The notes beneath the pieces are model-generated. The model ran no database searches. It worked only from the letters and a program-made list of their open reading frames with translations, and was not told the DNA's origin. From contig CAZEDL010000001.1 in NCBI GenBank assembly GCA_964510885.1, positions 129,310 through 193,309 of the forward strand: a stretch of DNA of 64,000 bases, given 5' to 3'. The DNA is from an uncultured Gammaproteobacteria bacterium. GTDB lineage: Bacteria > Patescibacteriota > Patescibacteriia > Magasanikbacterales > GWA2-37-8. Shown piece after piece: positions 27,720 through 36,984 of this stretch. A program made the translations under genes and the position numbers. Within the stretch, counting starts at the first letter, position 1, and each line of letters opens with the position of its first letter.

Positions 27720-27865
27720 ACATTAATATATTAATAATTAGCTACTCGTAGTATAGGGATAAAACACCATTTTTACAAGCCTTTAAAAAAGCTTGGGTAT
27801 CGGGTATACTATATAGAAAGCCATACACTGTGGTGATTTTTGATGCTAGAGAATAAAAGCTTACT

Positions 27866-28981
27866 ATGCTCACTTGGATTGAAGTCAACGCTGCAGCTAT
27901 TCGTCACAACCTTCGCCAATTTAGAAAAAAGATCGGGCCGCATGTTTTACTCATGCCGGTTATAAAACGCAATGCCTATGGGCATGGTTTTCTAGAAGTG
28001 GCGAGCATAGTAGCTGCGGAACCGGTTGTTGACCGAGTTTGCGTAGCCAGCCTTGAAGAAGCTGCCGTATTACTACGCAACGGTTTCAAAAAACCAATAA
28101 TCATTCTGAGTTTCTATGAACTATCTTCAAAAGAGTGCCTACTAGCGATAAAACGAGGTGTAGCCTTTCCAGTCTATTCACTGGAGCAAGCCAAAAAATT
28201 GAACCAGCTAGCAAAAACAGTCCGTACCAAGGCAGTACTGCATCTTAAAATCGATACTGGAACGTCACGACTTGGCGTGCTACCCTCGGAGGCTACGACT
28301 TTAGCTCGCTATATTACAAAACAACGATACCTTACTCTCGAAGGCCTGTGGAGTCATTTTTCTTCGAGCGAGCACAATCACACTGAAACCAAGCGGCAAG
28401 AAAAAATTTTTAATTCTGTTATTTCTGAATTAAGGCAGCAGGGGATAGAGCCACCACTCAAACATATCAGCTGTTCAGCCTCTACCATACTGTACCCAAG
28501 TACTCATTTTAATGCGGTGCGTATTGGCCTTAGCACCTATGGATTATACCCATCCGAGAGTTGCCGTCCAAACATTGCTCTAAAGGCAGCCCTATCCTGG
28601 CACACCAAGCTGATCCAGATAAAAAAGATCCCGACTGGAACAGCTGTTAGCTACGGTATGACCTACAAAGTCACCCGCCCCACAATACTCGGTGTTCTGC
28701 CAATTGGCTATTCAGATGGATACGACCGTTCCCTGTCTTCACGTGCAACTGTTCTCGTGCACGGTCGACGCTGTAGAGTTCTCGGTCGAATCTGCATGAA
28801 TTTAACCATGATCGATCTCACAGATTTGTCCTATATTCCACAGACCGGTGAAAAAGTTACACTGCTCGGTGGCACCGGTCCGAATACCATTACCGCCGAT
28901 GAACTGGCAAGTCTCGCTGGAACTATCAACTACGAAATTATTGACCGCCTTAATCCACTCATTCCACGCCGCGTCACCTAA
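27866..28981 (+). CDS. alr: Alanine racemase
   Basis: VIKRNAYGHG, KIDTGTSRLG, VSYG, GYSDG, GRICM. Confidence 0.96.
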   Translation: MLTWIEVNAAAIRHNLRQFRKKIGPHVLLMPVIKRNAYGHGFLEVASIVAAEPVVDRVCVASLEEAAVLLRNGFKKPIIILSFYELSSKECLLAIKRGVAFPVYSLEQAKKLNQLAKTVRTKAVLHLKIDTGTSRLGVLPSEATTLARYITKQRYLTLEGLWSHFSSSEHNHTETKRQEKIFNSVISELRQQGIEPPLKHISCSASTILYPSTHFNAVRIGLSTYGLYPSESCRPNIALKAALSWHTKLIQIKKIPTGTAVSYGMTYKVTRPTILGVLPIGYSDGYDRSLSSRATVLVHGRRCRVLGRICMNLTMIDLTDLSYIPQTGEKVTLLGGTGPNTITADELASLAGTINYEIIDRLNPLIPRRVT

Positions 28982-28984
28982 CCT

Positions 28985-30061
28985 ATGCGTCGTTATAGCT
29001 CAGCCATGCGTCCGAACTTCAAAAGCCAACGCCCTACCAAACGGCGGTCTATTTTTAGCATCTTTAAACGGCGGAAACATGCCCTTGCTGAGCGGCATAC
29101 GGTGCTGCATCAGGAATATTCAGGTGCTTTTATCCCTAGGCGACAGCGAATGATACAAGCTTCAGGCACCAGACTGAACCTTTGGCCGCTAATCCGAAAG
29201 CTCCTTTTGCCCGCACTCCTGCTAGCCTGGATTGGTTTAATGCTTTTTTTACCCTATTTTCGTATTAATAATGTAAGCTACTACGGCCTCAATATAGTAA
29301 AAAAAGATACGATTGATACCTATGTTAGAGGCAATGTTCTAGCATCTCGCTTCAGTTGGTGGCCGGCCAATAACTATTTTTTACTCGGGAAGAGCCGACT
29401 TGAGTCTAATCTCAAAAAACAGTTTTCTTTTGCCACGGTAACAGTTAAAAAAGTATTTCCGAATCGTATAATTGTTGATGTTACCGAGAAAATCTCAAGC
29501 ATCATCTATGATGATGGCCAAAATTATTACCTGCTTGATCAAAGCGGTCAAATTATAAAATTATTGCGGGCAGTGGGGGAGAGTGAACGCAAAACAGTGC
29601 TGATTTCAGCGCCGATAGTAGCGATTAGCAGCACCACCCCTACATTCACCGCTTCAAGTACAGCTGAAAGCCCTTCCAGTACCACCCGTATCGACCATAC
29701 CCCTAATAGCGCCAGTATCCACCAAGAATTTGGCAAATTCCCTGTTCTGTATGATAAACGTGACGAACCTTTAAATGCGGCTTCTAGCTCGGGAATGGTT
29801 CTATTTAACCCCATTGCAGTAAAAGGTATCCTTGATTGGCAAACCCTAGTGGAAGAACGGGGGATAGGGAGGATTAAATATTTTACGAGCCAACAGACCA
29901 CCCCAGGTATAACTACCGTTATAAACGAACCCTGGACTCTACAATTCGATCCTACCGGCGATCTAGAACAACAAGCCAGAAACATAGAGCTAGTCCTACG
30001 CGAGAATCGGCCAACGCAGTATATTGATGTGCGGTTTGGGGATCGGGTGTATTGGAAGTGA
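28985..30061 (+). CDS. FtsQ/DivIB-type POTRA domain protein
   Basis: TM helix, POTRA-like KKVFPNRIIVDVTE, C-terminal YIDVRFGDRVYW. Confidence 0.8.
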   Translation: MRRYSSAMRPNFKSQRPTKRRSIFSIFKRRKHALAERHTVLHQEYSGAFIPRRQRMIQASGTRLNLWPLIRKLLLPALLLAWIGLMLFLPYFRINNVSYYGLNIVKKDTIDTYVRGNVLASRFSWWPANNYFLLGKSRLESNLKKQFSFATVTVKKVFPNRIIVDVTEKISSIIYDDGQNYYLLDQSGQIIKLLRAVGESERKTVLISAPIVAISSTTPTFTASSTAESPSSTTRIDHTPNSASIHQEFGKFPVLYDKRDEPLNAASSSGMVLFNPIAVKGILDWQTLVEERGIGRIKYFTSQQTTPGITTVINEPWTLQFDPTGDLEQQARNIELVLRENRPTQYIDVRFGDRVYWK

Positions 30062-30118
30062 TACGACTCAAAGCGGAGTGGGAAAAACAGAAAAACGAGC
30101 CAAAGGGTTAAAGCATGC

Positions 30119-30152
30119 TTAACGTCGTATAACATAGATTAAGAGACGTTAG
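30119..30152. other. Putative tyrosine-recombinase target (dif/lox-like site)
   Basis: TTAACGTCGTATA-ACATAGAT-TAAGAGACGTTAG, an imperfect inverted repeat directly upstream of the xer gene. Confidence 0.65.
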
Positions 30153-30176
30153 AACCATTCCTATTTCTTAGATTCT

Positions 30177-31148
30177 ATGCAGAAATCAAATACTCCTATA
30201 ATCAAGCACTTCACCCCTTTTCTTGACTACTGCGAGGTAGAGAAAGGTTTGAGTCCTACCACTACGCGCAATTATCACAATTTCCTAAAAGTCTTTGCAG
30301 ACTGGCTCACTGAGCAAAAATTAACCACGCTTAAGCCGCATGACTTAACTCAGGAACATATTTGGAACTATCGACTATTCCTTTCCCGTCACAAAGACAA
30401 GCACACCAATCAGCCAATCAAAAAAACCACCCAAAACTACTACCTAATCGCTCTACGCAACCTACTTAGCTATTTAAGCATCCGCGACATTGCCGCTCTG
30501 CCATCTGATAAAATTCAACTACCAAAATTGACTGACAAAGATAAAGCTATAAAATTTCTCACCTATGATCAGGTAGAAAAGCTGCTATCAATGCCCGATA
30601 TTACTGATGAATCTGGCCTCCGTGACCGGGCCATTCTCGAGCTCCTCTTCTCCACCGGGATGCGTGTCTCGGAACTAACGTCGCTTAATATTAGGCTATT
30701 TGATAAAAATGCTATAATCAGCGGAAAAATAACTGATCTAGAGATAAGTATTAGCGGTAAAGGTGAATCTACGCGCACCGTATACTTCTCAACCCGGGCG
30801 CTCAAATGGCTGGGTGCATACCTCAAAACCCGTCAAAACGACCTCTACCCCCCTCTGTTCATTAATTACGCCAAAACCCAAAAAGATAATACCGAACGCC
30901 GACTCACTCCCCGCTCTATCGAACGCCTAGTGCGTCAATACACCAGCATGGCCGGTCTGCCAGTGGATGCCACCCCCCATACCCTGCGCCACAGCTTTGC
31001 TACCGACCTTTTGGATCAAGGAGCTGACATGCGCTCGGTGCAAGAACTGCTTGGGCACAAAAATATTGTTACCACCCAAATTTATACGCACGTGACCAAC
31101 AAAAAATTGCACGATATTCATACTAAATTCCATCGAGGGAATAAATAA
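30177..31148 (+). CDS. Xer-family tyrosine recombinase (XerC/D-like)
   Basis: RDRAILELLFSTGMRVSEL, TPHTLRHSFAT, VQELLGH, TTQIYTH (R-H-R-H-Y intact). Confidence 0.93.
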   Translation: MQKSNTPIIKHFTPFLDYCEVEKGLSPTTTRNYHNFLKVFADWLTEQKLTTLKPHDLTQEHIWNYRLFLSRHKDKHTNQPIKKTTQNYYLIALRNLLSYLSIRDIAALPSDKIQLPKLTDKDKAIKFLTYDQVEKLLSMPDITDESGLRDRAILELLFSTGMRVSELTSLNIRLFDKNAIISGKITDLEISISGKGESTRTVYFSTRALKWLGAYLKTRQNDLYPPLFINYAKTQKDNTERRLTPRSIERLVRQYTSMAGLPVDATPHTLRHSFATDLLDQGADMRSVQELLGHKNIVTTQIYTHVTNKKLHDIHTKFHRGNK

Positions 31149-31153
31149 ATCAT

Positions 31154-31822
31154 ATGCAACTACCCTTTGAAAAATTCGCTGGCGACATGAAGGTAGGGCT
31201 GTCATTACTCGGCATAGCCGAAAAACGATTAGTCGAGCGCTATGTGAGCAAAATCCCCGCCGGCATTGAGACGTACCACCTCACCATGACAACGGTGATC
31301 TGGAGCGGTTTAATCGTGCTCTTTGGATATCTCACCCAATACAATATCCACTGGCTCTGGGGTACCTCTGTCATGATTTTGGCCCAATATATTACCGACC
31401 TCTTTGATGGTGCCGTTGGCCGCTATCGCAATACCGGCCTGATTCGTTGGGGGTATTACATGGATCACTTTCTTGATTACATCTTCCTCTGTTCAATCTT
31501 AGTCGGATATTCCTTTTTATTTAACGATAAATTCAATTCCCTGTTCTTCATCCTCGTGGTATTTGGCGCCTTCATGGTCAATTCCTACCTGGCCTTTGCC
31601 GCTACCAATCAATTTAAAATTGAATATTTAAAAATCGGACCAACTGAGATCCGATTATTATTCATAATCATTAATACGCTTTTAATTTTTCTTCACAAGA
31701 CGTATCTGGTGTCATTTTTGCCAGCGGTGCTGGCATTTGCCATGATTGGCCTGGTGTATGCGGTGTATGATACGCAGAAGAAAATTTGGGAGAAGGATAT
31801 GGAGAATAAAAATAAACTGTAA
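31154..31822 (+). CDS. CDP-alcohol phosphatidyltransferase family protein
   Basis: DLFDGAVGR....WGYYMDHFLD signature. Confidence 0.9.
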   Translation: MQLPFEKFAGDMKVGLSLLGIAEKRLVERYVSKIPAGIETYHLTMTTVIWSGLIVLFGYLTQYNIHWLWGTSVMILAQYITDLFDGAVGRYRNTGLIRWGYYMDHFLDYIFLCSILVGYSFLFNDKFNSLFFILVVFGAFMVNSYLAFAATNQFKIEYLKIGPTEIRLLFIIINTLLIFLHKTYLVSFLPAVLAFAMIGLVYAVYDTQKKIWEKDMENKNKL

Positions 31823-31848
31823 AAACGTCTAATTTATAATAAAAAACC

Positions 31849-32664
31849 TTAAACCAGATCACTCGGATCCCAACATGTCCTCAAATTCTCATTCAATCCA
31901 TCAATCTTCAGTATCTCTTCCGCAGACAATTCGAACCCAAACACTTCGCTATTCTGCTCAATCCGCTCCGGGTTAGTCGATTTTGGTAAAATAATATTCC
32001 CTTTTTGAACATTCCAGCGTAACAAAACCTGAGCGTCAGATACAGCATGCTGAGTTGCGATCGCTCTGATCAGTGGTTCATCTTTACGTGCACCATGTAC
32101 CAATGGGCTATATGCCTCGAGCGCTATCCCCTGCCCAGTGCAATACTCGAGCAATTCTTTTTGATATAAATACGGATGAAATTCTACCTGATTCACCGCC
32201 GGCGTTACCTTGGCATACGTTTTAAGCTCTTCGAGATGGCGTACTGTATAATTGGACACCCCAATCGCCCGGCACACTCCCCTTTCACACAATTCCTCAA
32301 GCGCCCGCCAACTATCTTGGCGCGTACCCGTCTGTGGCCAATGAATCAAATATAAATCAATATAATCAACCGCTAATTTGAGACGCGACAAATCAAAGGC
32401 CCGCTTGGCCGAATCATACCCCTGATCCGCATTCCAGAGTTTGGTAGTAATAAAAATCTGCTCGCGCGGAATACCGCTCTCTCGAATGGCCTCCCCTACC
32501 TCGCGTTCATTGTCGTAAATCATTGCCGTGTCGAAATGGCGATATCCGGCCTCGAGCGCCGAGCGCACCGCCGTTTTTACCTCTGCCCCCTTGGCTTTCC
32601 ACGTACCAAGGCCGACCAATGGAATTTCTACTCCATTATTCAATTTTTTAGCAGGGATAGTCAT
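31849..32664 (-). CDS. Aldo/keto reductase
   Basis: GLGTW, DTAMIY, TTKLW, LIHWP, GVSN, PKS. Confidence 0.95.
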   Translation of the reverse strand: MTIPAKKLNNGVEIPLVGLGTWKAKGAEVKTAVRSALEAGYRHFDTAMIYDNEREVGEAIRESGIPREQIFITTKLWNADQGYDSAKRAFDLSRLKLAVDYIDLYLIHWPQTGTRQDSWRALEELCERGVCRAIGVSNYTVRHLEELKTYAKVTPAVNQVEFHPYLYQKELLEYCTGQGIALEAYSPLVHGARKDEPLIRAIATQHAVSDAQVLLRWNVQKGNIILPKSTNPERIEQNSEVFGFELSAEEILKIDGLNENLRTCWDPSDLV

Positions 32665-32666
32665 AG

Positions 32667-34022
32667 TTATTGCGGATCAAACACTGATCGCTCAAGCACA
32701 CGACGTTTCAAAAATTGCGAGATACGGCGCCCCCCATATACCGATGATAAAATCCCTACCCCATTACAACCAAGGTTATACATAAGTATCGGATTTTTTG
32801 GCTCTGGCCCTACTACTCGAAGACCAGTTGGCGTATAGGCCATCAGCCCATGCCACTCGAACAGGTAATCAATACTTTCATGTGGTGCATACTGGTAACT
32901 ACTGCGAATAAACGCATCCAGCTCGCGTTTGGCAGACTCTGGATATAGATGTCTATCACGGTGATACATCCCTTTGTGCTCCAAATCTTCCTCTGGGCCA
33001 CCTATGCAAATTAAATTTTCTTCACCATGTTCACGGTGAACAAAACGGCGACGAGTAAAATAATAGTATGGCGTGTCCTCGTTTATTCCGGGATTAGAAA
33101 AATAACTAATCGCCACCGGCTTATGGTCAGCGTGTTCCAAGTATGCTGACATATACCCTACCTTGGCATTTACACAGCTATGGAAGGCCGTATCGATATC
33201 CGCTCCGCCCGGGTAATTAAAAATCGTAAAATTCTGGAAGCCATTTGTGCAGAGCACGACCCGACTCGCATCCACTGAATACTCACCAATACACAGCATA
33301 GCCTGGCGTTTACTCAGGTGAATTTCTTTCACTGGGCTATGCTCATATAGCGAAAATCGATCCGGATAAGTGCTTAATAAATATTCGATAATATCTTCAC
33401 AAAACAAGGCACTGTTGAGACAACCTTTACGTGAAGCCAGTGCCCCAATATATCGCGTGTCAGTCGTTTCTATCATCTTTAAAATCTGTTCGTGCGGAAC
33501 GATAGCATAGAGCCCCTCGTATTCAGGAGCAATCCTGCATAATACTTCAGGAATATCGGCTACCAACACTTCTTCCACATTTAATCCAGCTTCACGCTGG
33601 AAAGACAGATTACGCAAGTGCAAATTAATTTGCTCCGTACTTGAACATCCGGCATATCCAGTACACACGCTAAGTGGAGTCGTAATCTTGGTGTCTTTAA
33701 AAATATCTTCAAGCAAATCCCATGCATGATAAATAGATTCCTGGGCCTTGGCTGCTAAATTGAGGCCATATTCATCGACCAAATGAGCAAACGGATGCTC
33801 AAAATAACTCACAATCTGGCCGGCATTATGGCCGGTAGCACCATGTGCCACTTTATACGCCTCAATCAGCGTAACTTTTTTAGCAGTATGCTTGAGCGCA
33901 AAGTAGGCAGTGGTCACCCCGGCAATACCAGCCCCGACAATTGCTAAATCAGTCTTGATATCTTTGTTGAGGACGCCATGGGTGCGTTTAAAAGTGAGTT
34001 GATGAATCCAAGGAGACTGCAT
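32667..34022 (-). CDS. FAD-dependent oxidoreductase (DAO family)
   Basis: IVGAGIAG, GATGHNAG, VLCTNG, GCNGVG. Confidence 0.85.
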   Translation of the reverse strand: MQSPWIHQLTFKRTHGVLNKDIKTDLAIVGAGIAGVTTAYFALKHTAKKVTLIEAYKVAHGATGHNAGQIVSYFEHPFAHLVDEYGLNLAAKAQESIYHAWDLLEDIFKDTKITTPLSVCTGYAGCSSTEQINLHLRNLSFQREAGLNVEEVLVADIPEVLCRIAPEYEGLYAIVPHEQILKMIETTDTRYIGALASRKGCLNSALFCEDIIEYLLSTYPDRFSLYEHSPVKEIHLSKRQAMLCIGEYSVDASRVVLCTNGFQNFTIFNYPGGADIDTAFHSCVNAKVGYMSAYLEHADHKPVAISYFSNPGINEDTPYYYFTRRRFVHREHGEENLICIGGPEEDLEHKGMYHRDRHLYPESAKRELDAFIRSSYQYAPHESIDYLFEWHGLMAYTPTGLRVVGPEPKNPILMYNLGCNGVGILSSVYGGRRISQFLKRRVLERSVFDPQ

Positions 34023-34028
34023 AAAAAA

Positions 34029-35132
34029 TTACTCAGAAACTGAAAATGATGTTTTAAGAGCTTTTTCACGATTATGACGCTCGATAGCCAACTGAATCAA
34101 GCGGTCAATCAGTACAGAATACGGGACCCCACTCACTTCCCATAATTTTGGATACATGCTAATTGGCGTAAAACCAGGCAAGGTATTAACCTCGTTCACT
34201 CGGAGCTCACCATTCTTCATAAGGAACATATCTACTCGCGACAACCCTTCAAGGCAGAGTGCCTTAAAAGTTTTTATGGATAAATCCTGAATATTTTTAA
34301 TGATTGCCGCCTCAAGTTTGGCTGGAATTTCAAAGGTGGCACCGTTTGGATCAATATACTTCGCCTCGTACGAATAAAATTCGTGTGTTGGCACAACTTT
34401 TCCGGGAAGTGATGCCTCGGGATGCTCGTTTCCAAGCACTGCACATTCCACTTCTTCGCCATTAACAGATTCTTCGATTAAAATTTTGCTGTCATACAAA
34501 AAAGCCACTTTAATTGCCTCTTTTAGGGCAGCTTCTGTTTTGGCTTTACTAACCCCGACAGATGAGCCGGCATTAGCTGGTTTTACAAATACCGGCAAAC
34601 CAAGGTGCTCTAAGACACGCTTAGTATCAATGACAGAAGTCGTATCAAAGCACAACCACTTAGCTACCGGGATATCGGCCCCTTTAAGAAGTCGTTTCAT
34701 CACATCTTTATCCATGCCAACCGCCGACCCAAGCACCCCAGCCCCTACAAATGGAACATCAAGCAACTTAAGGAGACCTTGCAAAGTTCCATCTTCGCCA
34801 TAGGTGCCATGCACAATCGGAAAGGCTACATCTATGGGTTTCACCTGGTTATCGGGGCTAAGCGAAATAAGTTGCCGACTATCCTGGCCCGGCACCACGG
34901 CAATTTCTTTAAAAGTAGTTTGATTAAGCTTAATAAGCTTAGGATTATTTTCATTTAGTAAAAAATTAGCGGCCGCAGCTGAGTACCATTTGCCCTCTTT
35001 ATCAATGCCAAGCGCCACGACGTCATACTTCTCTGGATCGAGCGCTGCTATAATATTTTTAGCTGATTGCAGTGACACTTCATGTTCTGCCGACCTCCCC
35101 CCAAATACCACACCCACTCTGATCTTATTCAT
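34029..35132 (-). CDS. ddl: D-alanine--D-alanine ligase
   Basis: GGRSAEHEVS, HGTYGEDG, GSSVG, YEAKY, NEVNTLPG. Confidence 0.96.
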   Translation of the reverse strand: MNKIRVGVVFGGRSAEHEVSLQSAKNIIAALDPEKYDVVALGIDKEGKWYSAAAANFLLNENNPKLIKLNQTTFKEIAVVPGQDSRQLISLSPDNQVKPIDVAFPIVHGTYGEDGTLQGLLKLLDVPFVGAGVLGSAVGMDKDVMKRLLKGADIPVAKWLCFDTTSVIDTKRVLEHLGLPVFVKPANAGSSVGVSKAKTEAALKEAIKVAFLYDSKILIEESVNGEEVECAVLGNEHPEASLPGKVVPTHEFYSYEAKYIDPNGATFEIPAKLEAAIIKNIQDLSIKTFKALCLEGLSRVDMFLMKNGELRVNEVNTLPGFTPISMYPKLWEVSGVPYSVLIDRLIQLAIERHNREKALKTSFSVSE

Positions 35133-35153
35133 AAAAAAGAAGTAAACAAGTAA

Positions 35154-35711
35154 CTATTTCATCTCCGGCATAAATTCACCAAGCGTAGTTTCCTCCTGTA
35201 AGAGCGACGCTGGATCTTTATCATTTATTGTCAACAAAATCGTATTCCGTGACATGTGTGGGTCATGGCAGAGCATGCTAGAACAGGTCATGCACGGCTT
35301 GAGTGTCGTTTCATGGGCATCTTTGTGATTAGGATCAGTATTAGTTTCGCGTGACGCTACGACCACTGCTATAATCGGGATGAGTTCATCGGTCTCCGTA
35401 GTTTGCGCAATAATAGACTCAAGTGTTGCCCGTTCCGCACACTGCTTAGGGATAATTTGCGCTCGCTTATCATTGTGGCCGTAAAAAATTTGTCCGCGCT
35501 CATTCATCATAGCGGCGCCTACATAAAAACCGCGGTACTGGGTTTCATCTTGCTCGGCTTGATTGCGGGCCTCAATTGCGCGCCGGATTAACAATTGTTT
35601 ATTAGCTTCAAATAACTCTCTGGCCTCAAACGGAAATAAATGCTCAGCGACACCGCTTTCCCTCTTAAGATCATCACTGCCAGGCGATATTTGATGACGA
35701 ACTTCGTTCAT
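35154..35711 (-). CDS. Cytidine-deaminase-like zinc protein
   Basis: FYVGAA, CAER, PCMTC; start may lie at 35726. Confidence 0.75.
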   Translation of the reverse strand: MNEVRHQISPGSDDLKRESGVAEHLFPFEARELFEANKQLLIRRAIEARNQAEQDETQYRGFYVGAAMMNERGQIFYGHNDKRAQIIPKQCAERATLESIIAQTTETDELIPIIAVVVASRETNTDPNHKDAHETTLKPCMTCSSMLCHDPHMSRNTILLTINDKDPASLLQEETTLGEFMPEMK

Positions 35712-35718
35712 ATCATTA

Positions 35719-36948
35719 TTAATCACCCAAATAAGACACTGGATTTACCGGTATACCATTAGCCCGGACTTCAAAATGAAGGTGAGGGCCGGTGACAAAT
35801 GGCCCCGCACCTACCGTACCCGGAGTGCCTCCAGAATACCCAATGACATCACCTTTGTTCACAAATTCATCCTCTGCAACGGAAATTTGGCTAAGATGGC
35901 CATAGACCGTGGAAATATTACCAGTGTGGATCAAGAGGACATACGCATAGCACGATGATGTAGCGCACTTACGAGCTCTCCCCACATACCCAGCCGCAGC
36001 TGCCTTCACTGGCGTACCTTGGGATGCGCGAATATCAATGGCACTATGTTCAAATACATTCCGGAACGGATAGGACGGATCGTGGAATTGCGCGGTAATG
36101 TAATGGCTCGGTACGGGCCAACTCATACTCACCTGGCCGGTCGGCTTGATTTTATCTTGCTCTGCTAATTTTTTACTCACCTGTTCTTCATACGAGCGTA
36201 CCTCATTTTCTACCACTTGGTACTGTTGCTTCAAACTCTTTAATAAAGTGGCATACTTAAGCTCCGAAGACCGAGTTTCAACCAGTAAATTTTGTTTTTG
36301 GCCATAGCGCTCACCAAGATCGTCGCGTTTCTGCTGGAGCTGTTCTTGCAGTTGCGCATACTCAGTACGCCGTGTCAGCACCTGCTTCTTGCGCGCATCA
36401 AGATCTTCTTTTGCCAAACGTAAATTTTTTACCGACCACCCGAGATCGCTATACACATTTTCAAGATACCGCACTTGGCTGTAAAAATCAGCAAAACTCT
36501 GATTGGTTGCCATGATCTCGAGATAACTACGCTGATCATCGGCCTGGATATTTTGAATAATTTTGGCGATCAATTGTTTTTGTTTGGTAATTACTTTTTC
36601 TTTTTCTGCAATTGAAATGGAGAGAATATCAATTTCATTCTGAGTTATACTAATTTTTTCTTTGGTCACTTCAATATCGGCCTCAACTACGGCCGTTTGG
36701 TTATCAATAATGCTCAATTGATTTTTGAGTGACACTGCTTCAGTCTGTTTTTGAACAATGTTTTTTTTATATTTCTCAATCGTTTGTTCTAATTCTTTAA
36801 TTTTGTCTTTTTGAGCTGCAATTTTACCGTTCAGCACCTTAATTTCTTGCTCTTTGGAGGTGTCTGCCGACACAAAAAAACCACTTCCGGAAAAAGTGAG
36901 TAAAAACCCAAGTATGAAGACGACTAAAAATAAAGTTCGTTTGGACAT
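35719..36948 (-). CDS. Coiled-coil M23 peptidase (EnvC-like murein hydrolase or activator)
   Basis: Signal peptide, long coiled coil, HSAID, YGHL, TGPHLHFEVR. Confidence 0.9.
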   Translation of the reverse strand: MSKRTLFLVVFILGFLLTFSGSGFFVSADTSKEQEIKVLNGKIAAQKDKIKELEQTIEKYKKNIVQKQTEAVSLKNQLSIIDNQTAVVEADIEVTKEKISITQNEIDILSISIAEKEKVITKQKQLIAKIIQNIQADDQRSYLEIMATNQSFADFYSQVRYLENVYSDLGWSVKNLRLAKEDLDARKKQVLTRRTEYAQLQEQLQQKRDDLGERYGQKQNLLVETRSSELKYATLLKSLKQQYQVVENEVRSYEEQVSKKLAEQDKIKPTGQVSMSWPVPSHYITAQFHDPSYPFRNVFEHSAIDIRASQGTPVKAAAAGYVGRARKCATSSCYAYVLLIHTGNISTVYGHLSQISVAEDEFVNKGDVIGYSGGTPGTVGAGPFVTGPHLHFEVRANGIPVNPVSYLGD

Positions 36949-36984
36949 GGGGATAGTATAGCACACTCCCCTCCCCCTGAAAAC

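Noticed and set aside
30058-30111. 17-codon GTG ORF (IRLKAEWEKQKNEPKG) just before the dif-like site, as a cassette remnant
   Set aside because: Too short to support, and no second recombination site was found in the window.
30177-31148. Prophage or integron integrase
   Set aside because: Housekeeping neighbours, Xer-like motifs, no evident IntI-specific insertion, no attC array and no phage genes.
27866-35132. Vancomycin-resistance (van) cluster from alr and ddl
   Set aside because: The ligase has the YEAKY omega loop of ordinary D-Ala-D-Ala ligases, and there are no vanH, vanX or vanRS genes.
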